The position numbers were made by a program, and so were the translations under genes. DNA of 64,000 nucleotides from the human T2T-CHM13v2.0 reference genome, Homo sapiens, in NCBI RefSeq assembly GCF_009914755.1, contig NC_060945.1; one strand, given 5' to 3'. The notes under the pieces are model-generated. The model did no database searches, was not told where the DNA came from, and saw only the letters and a program-made list of their open reading frames with translations. Of this stretch, positions 32,370-42,027 are shown one piece after another. Within the stretch, counting starts at the first letter, position 1; each line of letters starts with the position of its first letter.

Positions 32370-32650
32370 GGCCGGGTGTGGTGGCTCACGCCTGTAATCC
32401 CAGCACTTTGGGAGGCCGAGGCAGGCGGATCACAAAGTCAGGAGATGGAGACCAACCTGGCTAACATGGTGAAACCCCATCTCTACTAAAAATACAAAAA
32501 AAATTAGCCAGGTGTGGTGGCGGGTGTCTGTAGTCCCAGCTACTCGGGAGGCTGAGACAGGAGAATGGCATGAACTCAGGAGGCAGAGCTTGCAGTGAGC
32601 TGGGTACCACAGCGAGACTCCATCTCAAAAAAAAAAAAAAAAAAAAAGAA
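32370..32650 (+). mobile_element. AluY/Sc-type with right-arm deletion
   Basis: TSD AGAAAATCAC on both sides. Confidence 0.92.
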
Positions 32651-32661
32651 AATCACTTTAA

Positions 32662-32990
32662 GGCTGATATATATGGTGGCTCACACCTGTAATACCAACA
32701 TTTTGGGAGCCTATGGCAGGAGGCTTGCTTGAGCCCAGGAGTCTGAGGTTGCAGTGAGCTGTGATCGTGCCACTGCAGTGCAGTCTGGGTGACACAGTGA
32801 GACTCCGTCTCAAAGAGAACAAAAGAAAGAGAGAAAGAGAGAGAGAAAGAAAGGAAGAAAGAAAAGAAAGAAAGCAAAAAGAAAAGAAAAGAAATAAAAA
32901 AGAAAAAAGAAAGAAAAAAGAAAAGAAAGAAAGGAAAGAAAGAAAAAAGAAAAGAAAGAAAGTAAAAGGAAAGAGAGAAATGAAGAAAAT
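32662..32990 (+). mobile_element. Monomeric Alu with expanded ~175-bp GA-rich tail
   Basis: Alu monomer at 32662-32812, then an almost pure purine (GAAA/GA)n tract. Confidence 0.85.
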
Positions 32991-33669
32991 CAGTTTAATA
33001 TAGTACTTGGAACATATCAAATGCTTACAAAATTTAGTGCCCTTCATTGCACTGGAGAAGAGTTAGGTGGCATTTTGTAGCTCCGTATGCTCAGATACAG
33101 TTTGTTTTTGAGCTGGGAATATTTTAGACTTCATCTTTTCTTTCTTAGTCCTATAATTTTCCTTTATTCATAATGCAGTCATCCCTTTCCCACCCATGGA
33201 AACAGTGAAATGTGGGACCAGCCATGCTATATTATTAATTTTGCAAAGCTTGCTGACAGTGACCTCTCCAGCAGTAGCATTCACTCTTTTGCCTTAAAAA
33301 ATTTCCCACAAAAGCTCTCCACTAGGCATAAGCATTACTCTTAGTCCTCCCACTGCTTCAGTGTGGCACAGTCATCAGTAATATGTAGATTTCCACTTTG
33401 GCTAGGGTCTATTTCTCTGCTTTGCTCAGAAGGTACCACTGACCTTTCTGATTAGCTGAGTTGCAGATGACTGAGCTTGCACATAAAAGGGACAGTCAGA
33501 AAATAAATCTTCCCTGTGTCTGTCTAGACAGACTCCAAGAGTCAGGAAAAATTCTGCTGAAAGTCCATAAATCTTCCATCTTTCTTCCTGAAAGCATGTA
33601 CGAGAACAGTTCTCCTGTCACTACGTATGAGAGCATTCCTGAATGTGTGGGTAGGGTTTTTGATGTCAA

Positions 33670-33992
33670 TTTTTTTTATATCAACTGGTAAAACTTTATT
33701 TTACAAGCAACAGGAATTGGATCAAATGATTATTATAATCCAGAGGAAATATTTTGGAACCACAGCAAATGCCATTATACATACTGCCAATACAGATTTA
33801 ATAGACAATACTGAACTGTACAAGAGTTATTTATTTTTCCTTAATCTCGAAGCTATTTTTAGTAATACAAAAAAGCCATATTAACATTTTTTTCCCGTTA
33901 GAAAACATGATGTACAAAACTTTGGATGAAAAGATAAGTCAAATTTCGTTTAATCACTTGGAGGAAAATCCACCAACTCTCTCAATACCACC
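33670..33992 (-). pseudogene. Putative processed retrocopy, 3' terminal part (UTR end plus poly(A) remnant); parent unidentified
   Basis: Plus-strand T-run 33670-33677; TTTATT at 33695-33700 (AATAAA on minus, 17 nt from the tail); left flank TTGATGTCAA 33660-33669. Confidence 0.65.
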
Positions 33993-34397
33993 TTTCACTC
34001 GCGTCCGTGTGAAGAGACCACCAAACAGGCGTTGTGTGAGCAATAAAGCTGTTTATTTCACCTGGGTGCAGGCGGGCGGGCTGAGTCCAAAAAGAGAGCG
34101 AAGGGAGATAGGGGTGGGGCCGTTTTATAGGATTTGGGTAGGTAAAGGAAAAAGGGGGGTTGTTCTCTGGTGGGCAGGAGTGGGGGTCACAAGGTGCTCA
34201 GTGGGGGAGCTTTTTGAGCCAGGATGAGCCAGGAGAAGGAATTTCACAAGACAATGTCATCAGTTAAGGCAGGAACAGGCCATTTTCACTTCTTTTGTGG
34301 TGGAATGTCATCAGTTAAGGCAGGAACCGGCCATCTGGATGTGTATGTGCAGGTCACAGGGGATATGATGGCTTAGCTTGGGCTCAGAGGCCTGACG
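33993..34397 (-). promoter_or_regulatory. HERV-H 3' LTR (LTR7 family)
   Basis: TATA (rc of TTTTATA 34123-34129), intact GGGGTGGGGC box 34111-34120, poly(A) signal; PPT adjacent at 34398-34410. Confidence 0.95.
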
Positions 34398-34799
34398 TTC
34401 CTGTCTTCTTATATTAATAAGAAGAATAAAACAAAATAGTGTCGAAGTGTTGGGGCGGCGAAACATTTTTGGCAGGGGGTGGTATGGAGAGAGAGAATGG
34501 GTGATGTTTCTCAGGATTAGGGGAGGCGTGGGAACCTGGAGTGGGAGAGATTAAGCTGAAGGAAGATTTTGTGGTAAGGGGTGATATTGTGGGGTTATTG
34601 GAAGAAACATTTGTCATGTAGAATTATTGGTGATGGCCTGGATACGGTTTTATATGAATTGAAAAACTAAATGGAATAAGAGAAGGAGAAAACCAGGTAT
34701 TAAAGTTCTAAGAATGGGGAGGACCTAGGACATGTAATTAGAGAGTGCTTAAGGAGATTTAGCATAGTTCTGCCAGCAAAGATTATTTATTTAAGAGTT

Positions 34800-37050
34800 A
34801 AGAGTGGCAGTTTGGGGATAGCACCAGGAGATATCAGCTGTGATAGCTTGGAGAAACAGTGTAAACTGGCAGTGTAAACAAGAGCAGGGCACGTATGAGT
34901 AGTTGAGAACAGTGAACAGGAGTATGACTAGACAGAAGATAGTAGGGATGACAAGTTTTTTTGGGGCACAGTCTTAAGTTGGTCTGGTGTCTGGAATAAG
35001 ACTGGGGCCTAATAAAAAGGAGCGTCCATACAGGAGCTTAAATGTGCTGTACCTTGTAGGATTCCGAGGACAGGCCTGAATTCTGAGAAGGGAAAGTGGT
35101 AAAAGTACTGTCCAGTTCTTTTTAAGTTGGTGGCTGAGCTTGGTGAGGTGTGTTTTTAAAAGACTATTAGTCTGTTCTACCTTTTCTGAAGACTGAGGAC
35201 CGTAAGGGGTATAAAGGTTTCACTGAATACCAAGAGCCTGAAAAGCCGGTCTGCTATTGGACTGTATAGAGGTGGGAAGGCCAAAGCGAGGAATTATGTG
35301 TGACAGAGGGGAAGAAATGACTGCGGTGACCTTTTCAGACCCTGTGGGAAAGGCCTCTACCTATCCAGTGAAAGTGTCTACCTAGACTAAGAGGTATTTT
35401 AGTTTCCTGACTCAGGGCATGTTGAGTAAAGCTACTTTCCCAGTCCTGGGTGGGGGCAAATCCTTGAGCTTGATGTGTAGGGAAGGGAGGGGGCCTGAAT
35501 AATCCCTGAGGGGTAGTAGAATAGCAGATGGAACACTGAGAAGTTATTTCCTTGAGGATAGATTTCTACGATGGAAAGGAAATGAGAGGTTCTAAGAGGC
35601 GGGCTAGTGGCTTATACTATAGCATAGCCTGCCTTTGCTGGTGTGGTGATTAGGCCTGGTGGAACTGCCATCAATAAACTAAGTGTGATCAGGGTGAGGA
35701 ATAGGAAAGAAGGAAATATGGGGAAATGGGGTGGAATGTCAGGTGCATCAGAGAGATACAGTCATAGGGGTCAGGTGTGGTATCAGGAATAATGTGGGAG
35801 GCCGGATTGAAGTCCGGACCAGGAACAATGGTAATTGTGGGAGACTCAACAAAGAGTGAGTACAGCTGAAGGAGCTGGGGAGCAGAAAGTATATGCGTCA
35901 GGTGTGAGGAAGAAAATAGCTGGGGAGCAGAAAGTATATGCGTCAGGTGTGAGGAAGTTATGAGAACTGTTGAGAGTGAGTTGAGCATAGTTTGTGATTT
36001 TAAGGGCCTCTAAAAGTATTAGGGCAGTGGTGGCCACTGCACGCAGACTTGAGGGCTAGGCAAAACAGTAAGGTCAAGTTGTTTGGATAAAAAGGCTACA
36101 GGGTGTAGTCCTGGTTCTTGTGTAAGAATTCTAACTGCACAGGCCTGCACTTTGGCTGTGGGTAATGAAAAGGGTTGGGATTTGTCAGGGAGAGCTAGGG
36201 TGGGGGCAGTCTCTAAAGCTGTCTTCAAGGAACGGAAAGAGGAATGGGGAAAGGATTTAGGATCTATGGGGTCAGCTAGGTTTCTTTTTGTGAGTTTATA
36301 TAATGGTTTTGTTAGGATAGCAAAACCAGGTATCTAAAGTCGAAAGTGTCTAACCATGCCCAGGAAGGAAAGGAGTTGTCGTTTTATAGCTGTTGGGGTT
36401 TGAGATATCAGCTGAACAGGATCAGCAGGGAGAGCACGTGTGTTTTTATGAGAATTACGCTGAGATAGGTAACAGCTGAGGAAGAAATTTGGGCTTGACT
36501 GAAGTAATGGGGGCTGTCTGTGAAGCTTGCAGCAGTACAGCCCAGGTAATTTGCTGAGCCTGATGGGTGTCAGGGTCAGTCCAAGTGAAAGCGAAGAGAG
36601 GCTGGGATGAAGGGTGCAAAGGAATAGTAAAGAAAGCATGTTTGAGATCTAGAACAGAATAATGGGTTGTGGAGGGAGGTATTGAGGATAGGAGAGTATA
36701 TGGGTTTGGCACCATAGGGTGGATAGGCAAAATAATTTGGTTGATAAGGTGCAGATCCTGAACTAACCTGTAAGGCTTGTCTGGTTCTAGGACAGGTAAA
36801 ATGGAGGAATTGTAAGGAGAGTTTATAGGCTTTAAAAGGCCATGCTGTAACAGGTGAGTGATAACAGGCTTTAATCCTTTTAAAGCGTGCTGTGGGATGG
36901 GATATTGGTACTGAGCGGGGTAAGGGTGATTAGGTTTTAATGAGATGGTAAGGGGTGGATTATAGGTCGCTAAGGAGGGAGTAGAGGTATCTTATACTTG
37001 TGGGTTAAGGTGGGGAGATATAAGGGGAGGATGTGAAGGAGGCTTTGAAC
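34800..37050 (-). pseudogene. pol: HERV-H pol remnant (RT/RNase H/IN fragments with frameshifts and deletions)
   Basis: ORF 36455-36730 VPNPYTLLSSIP...SVLDLKHAFFTIPLHP..QPLFAFTW; ORF 36019-36228 LETAPTLALPD...PVAFLSKQLD; the YxDD segment after DSPHYFSQA is missing; ends approximate. Confidence 0.9.
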
Positions 37051-37112
37051 TGGGGGAAAAGGTGGCAATGAGGTGTGTCTGTAGCCCAGGAATAGTCAGG
37101 GAAGCAGATAAT

Positions 37113-37346
37113 TTAGTTAAAATATCTCGGCCTAATAAGGGAACTGGGCAGGTGGGGATAACTAAAAGGATTGCTTAAAAGAGTATTGTCTAAGTTGGCA
37201 CCAGAGCTGGGGAGTTTTAAGAGGTTTAGAAACCTGGCTGTCAATACAACAGTTATGGAGGCAAGGGAAACAGGCCTTTGAAAAGAAGGTAATGTGGAGT
37301 GGGTAGCCTCCGTATTGATTAAGAAGGGGATGGACTTACCTTCCAC
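37113..37346 (-). pseudogene. pro: HERV-H protease remnant
   Basis: GKSIPFLINTEATHSTL: the catalytic DTGA motif has decayed to NTEA. Confidence 0.85.
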
Positions 37347-37399
37347 TGTGAGAGTTACCTAGAGCGTCTGTGATGGTCTTGTAGGCTTCTGAGGCAATC

Positions 37400-38600
37400 C
37401 GGCAGTATCAGTCTTCAGCTGCTAAGCTGAGAAGATCTGGGAAGGAGTCAGAGAGCCTTGGGCCAGAGTTCCAGGGGCTCTGGAAGTGGCTGCCAGGTGA
37501 GTTGAACAGTCCGATTTTCAGTGGGGTCCTGCACAGATGGGACACAGCTTAGGAGGAATCTTGGGCTGTGGGCATTCCTTGGCCCAGTGGCCAGATTTCC
37601 AGAGCTTGTAGCAAGCTCCTGGGGGAGGCAGGCCTGGAGGAATGCCTGGCCACTGAGGTTTAGGCGTTTAGAAGTTCTTGTGTGCTGGAGATGTGGCTGG
37701 GGTTTGTCTCATAGTGGAGGCAAGGAATTGCAACTCAGAAATATGTTGCTACTTGGCTGCCTCTACTCTATTATTGTACACCTTGAAGGCGAGGTTAATT
37801 AAGTCCTGTTGTGGAGTTTGAGGGCCGGAATTTAATTTTTGGAGTTTTATTTAATGTCGGGAGGAGATTGGGTAATAAAATGTATATTGAGAATAAGACG
37901 GCCTTTTGACCTTTCAGGGTCTAGGGCTGTAAAGCATCTCAGGGTTGCTGCCAAACGAGCCATGAACTGGGCTGGGTTTTTATATTTGATGAAAAAGAGC
38001 CTAAACGCTATCTGATTTGGGATAAAGAAAAAGGAGCATTAACCTTGACTATGCCTTTAGCTCTAGCCACCTTTTTAAGAGGAAATTGCTGGGCAGGTGG
38101 GGGAAGGCTAGTCACAGAATGAAACTGGAAGCCAGACCAGGTGTGAGGAGGGGAGGTGATAAAAGGATTATAGGGTGGAGGAGCAGAGGCTGAGGAAGAA
38201 TTGGGACTTAGCCTGGCGAGGAGGGGAGAAGTCAGATGAGTCTGTAGAAAAGGACTATTAGAAAGACTCAGTGACACCTGGGGTTGGGACTGAGGGGACA
38301 GGCAGGAGGGAAAGAAGGAAGATTTGGGACTAGTTGCATTGGGAACAGAGACTAAGGAGGGATTGATGTGTAAAAGAATGGCTGGACGTCAGGCACCTCA
38401 GACCGTTTGCCTATTTTATGACAAGAATTATTTAGATCTTGTAGGATGGAAAAATTGAAAGTGCCATTTTCTGGCTATTTGGAACTACCGTCGAATTTGT
38501 ATTGGGGTCAAGCAGCATTGCAGAAGAAAATAAGACGCTTAGATTTTAGGTCAGGCGAGAGTTGAAGAGGTTTTAAGTTCTTAAGAACACAGACTAAGGG
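37400..38600 (-). pseudogene. gag: HERV-H gag remnant
   Basis: PPPY late-domain motif in ORF 38008-38277; decayed zinc knuckles CYKLWKSGHWAKEC and CPICAGPH*KSDC at ~37505-37615; ends approximate. Confidence 0.85.
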
Positions 38601-39035
38601 AGAAGAAGGAGGAATGGAGGGTGGAATGTTGCCTATAGTGAAGGAGGCAAGTTTAAAGAGAAGGGTAGAGACGTGGAGTAGGGGATGGGGAGCAGCCAAA
38701 GCAGGCATCCCCGCAATTGACTTGCCACCAAGGGAACGTGGGTGAATGACCAAGGCAGGTGTCCCTGCGGAGATCAGACACCAATGGAATGTGGGTGAAT
38801 AATCAGAGAGGCATCCTTGCAATGATTAAACACCAAGGGAAGGCTGCCTTCCCGAGTCCATGACCGGCACCGGAGTTTTGGGTCCGTGGATAAAATGTGT
38901 CTCCTTTGTCTCTACCAGAAAGTGAAAGGAATTGAAATTAAGAGAAGGGAGAGATTGAAGTGTGGTGCCAAGATTGAAAGGAGAAAGAGGTTGAGAGATA
39001 GTGAGGGAGGTTGGAGAAGAGAGTAAAAAGAGGCT

Positions 39036-39044
39036 GCTTACCGG
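39036..39044 (-). promoter_or_regulatory. HERV-H leader major splice donor CCG|GTAAGC
   Basis: Plus-strand GCTTACCGG, about 150 nt downstream of the 5' LTR; matches the 5' splice-site consensus. Confidence 0.75.
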
Positions 39045-39167
39045 ATTTGAAATTGGTGAGATGTTCCTTGGGCTGGTGGGTCTGAGGACCCGAGGTCATA
39101 GGTGGATCTTTTTCACGGAGCAAAGAGCAGGAGGACAGGGGATTGATCTCCCAAGGGAGGTCCCCCA

Positions 39168-39185
39168 CTCCGAGTCACGGCACCA
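39168..39185 (-). other. tRNA-His primer binding site
   Basis: Minus strand TGGTGCCGTGACTCGGAG, 17/18 match to the His PBS TGGTGCCGTGACTCGGAT. Confidence 0.92.
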
Positions 39186-39193
39186 ACACCAAA

Positions 39194-39599
39194 TTTCACT
39201 CGTGTCCATGTGAAGAGACCACCAAACAGGCTTTGTGTGAGCAATAAAGCTGTTTATTTCACCTGGGTGCAGGCGGGCTGAGTCCGAAAAGAGAGTCAGC
39301 GAAGGGAGATAGGAGTGGGGCCGTTTTATAGGAGTTGGGTAGGTAAAGGAAAAAGGGGGGTTGTTCTCTGGTGGGCAGGAGTGGGGGGGTCACAAGGTGC
39401 TCAGCAGGGGAGCTTTTGAGCCAGGATGAGCCAGGAGAAGGAATTTCACAAGACAATGTCATCAGTTAAGGCAGGAACAAGCCATTTTCATTTCTTTTGT
39501 GGTGGAATGTCATCAGTTAAGGCAGGAACCAGCTATCTGGATGTGTATGTGCAAGTCACAGGGGATATGATGGCTTAGCTTAGGCTCAGAGGCCTGACA
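39194..39599 (-). promoter_or_regulatory. HERV-H 5' LTR (LTR7 family)
   Basis: Starts TGTCAGGCCTCTGAGCC on minus; TATA at 39324-39330; GC/GT box reads GGAGTGGGGC (39312-39321). Confidence 0.95.
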
Positions 39600-42027
39600 C
39601 CACCCAAAGTGTTTTATGCAGTGAATAAAATCAAAATAATGCATCTTAATAAATTCCAGCTGTTAAAAGAACAAACTTAGCAATATATAACAGTTTGCTA
39701 CGCAGGATTTTTGACTATTCACTTTGGGAGTTATTTTTTAAAATCCACTTTTTTTTACTGAGTCTTACTACATATCAGGCACTGGACTTGGCCATCTAGG
39801 TAACTAAGAAAAAGTTGGTTAAGATAGGAAAGACCCATAAATCAATCCTTTGATTACCAAATGCAATTTTTAACTTTCAAACATCCCCAAGATCAAGAAA
39901 CCCTAACTAAAAATACACACCCTTCTAAGTGTTATTTGATTTTATTAGTAGCAAGGGTGTTTGGTAAGGTCGTGAACCTCTATTTTTGATCCATTATTCC
40001 AATTAAAAGCATGCGTCAAAAGCTAATTTGTTATTTTTCTAATGTGTTTAAGATTTGGCATTCAGTTTTTACACATGTGGTTCAGTGATTTATCATGAAC
40101 CCTAAACTGCACACTGCTCAAAAACAGCAACACAGATGTGCGTTACATGAAATAATGGTTTTTGATACATATCTTCAAATTCAATTCAGTTTAGGGTCCA
40201 GTGAAGAAAAAGATATCCAGTTATCGGGTGGTAAAGAGCAGAGGAGGTAAACTAGTTAAGATTATTAATATGCAGTGAAGTGTTATTGTCTATCTTATCC
40301 TTTGAGTAACAAGATGCTAACACGCTTTCAAGAAAAAACTGCTTAAAACTATGCTAAAGGCCCATGCATTGACATCATCCATTCAACACCGTTACTTTGT
40401 TACATAAAACGGTTTTCTTAAGGTGTAACATATTAGGCAATAATTTGGAAATTAGCCAAGCACTAAGCAATTATAATAGCAGGTAATACACCATCAATTT
40501 TTGAAACACATTTGGCCACATTTCACAATCCATCTGCAGTATGGATTCTATAGACTCTCACTCAGTTTAAAATTTGTTTCTGGACCTGAATGACAGGAGA
40601 ATGGCTTTATGAAATTTTCTCATAAGACATTTAAGTAGTCTTAGGTTCACAACCCTTTTGTTGTAAATGATTTAATCTGACATGCCATATAACTACAATA
40701 CAAATAATTATGTTCAATTCTTAAATGAAAACTAAATGCCAATAAATGGTAACAGATTTGACATGGAATGTTCTAAGATCTTCCTCTACATAATCTGCCA
40801 TGGCAGATTATGAATTTCAGAGCTTGAAAACTTCAGATTAAGAACCACAAGAAAATTTACTCTTGATGGCATACAAGATCTTCCTAAAAATTAACCTAAG
40901 ACCTAGAAGTCTCAGTATTATTAGAACATAAAGAAACGCAACAAATCTGTATATTTTATTCACATATATTTTTGTTTTTAGTGTGCTCACAGAAAATTAG
41001 AACACCTTAAGTAGGAGTTTAATAGCAATTTTTGTAAGCAAAGTTACATTCCATCTCTAAGTCAAATTGGTCGACGCTTCTCCAGCATTTACAAAACATG
41101 ATAGACAAGATGCTACACAAAACCATTGCATCTGAAGATTTTTTTTTTCCTTTATTCTCAAAGATGACTGGAAAAGAAAGCATTATCTGCTGTAATCAAA
41201 AACATACCACAGTATAAACAGTAACCATTCCGCTTATCACAGCTTGGTTGAGTTTAAAATTTGTGTTTAAAAGGTCCAAGATGACTGCAGTTTTACAAAA
41301 ATGGGCAGGGTGGAAAGTCGCAAACTTCATGTGCTTCTGGATATCAAGATTTGTTTTTATACAATAGTCACAGTTAAAAACACCCTGCTGGTAATACATA
41401 ATTACACTTTATTAAGGTCATAAACCAGCAATAAACAATACAGCCTATATAACTTGTAGTTCTACTTAATCACTGACTGGTACACCTAACATGAGATAAG
41501 TGAAAAGTTCCTATGGTTTAAATGAACTCCTAAGACTATGATCATTTTTTTTTTTTAAATATGGGTATTGGTGTTTTTTCTTTTTTCCTCTTTCCTTCTT
41601 AGTCAAGACTTGTAGTGTTGTAAACCTGCCTCACAAAATACATGGTAATAACTTTTCTTAAAAAAAAAGACAGCCTTTACACCATTTCTAGTGGCACATT
41701 ATTTTGGCAATGTTATGTACCACTTCCATTTCCCCATTGTGACCCCTATCACTTCATTTGATATCCCTTTTTGACCCACCCATCTCTTTCATATATGGGC
41801 ATATCCATAGATTGACAAAGGAAGTTTACATTTTTGAATAAAGATGGAGAGTATGCAAAAACATTAATACTGATGCAAAAAAATAAAAAAATAGAAACAA
41901 GGCAGAGGAAGAAGGTGTTTAAGCTCTCCTCGACCTGTTGGAATGGTGGTTAACAGAATGATTTGAGATGGGATCTGTGGGGAGGGGAGAAAAAAAACAA
42001 AATTTTGTGCTTAAAAAAAGTAAAAGA
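39600..42027 (-). pseudogene. Putative processed retrocopy, main 3'-UTR-like body; parent unidentified
   Basis: 2.4 kb with no interspersed repeat I recognise, U-tract-rich on minus, several internal AATAAA; continuous across the HERV-H TSD; right flank TTGATGTCAA 42028-42037 matches the left flank. Confidence 0.62.

Larger units (their letters stand above)
33993..39599 (-). mobile_element. HERV-H provirus (LTR7-HERVH-int-LTR7), 5.6-kb deleted non-autonomous type
   Basis: Two ~405-bp LTRs, TSD CCACC (33988-33992 and 39600-39604), His PBS, PPT, gag/pro/pol remnants, env largely absent. Confidence 0.97.

Noticed and set aside
32658-33047. K/R/E-rich and F/S/L-rich ORFs
   Set aside because: Stop-free reading of a GA-rich simple repeat.
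34800-38600. Coding-competent HERV-H gag/pro/pol
   Set aside because: Multiple stops and frameshifts, protease DTG decayed to NTE, RT YxDD region deleted, env absent.
39600-42027. Naming the parent gene of the putative retrocopy
   Set aside because: The sequence looks like a conserved housekeeping 3' UTR, but I could not match it to a specific gene from memory.
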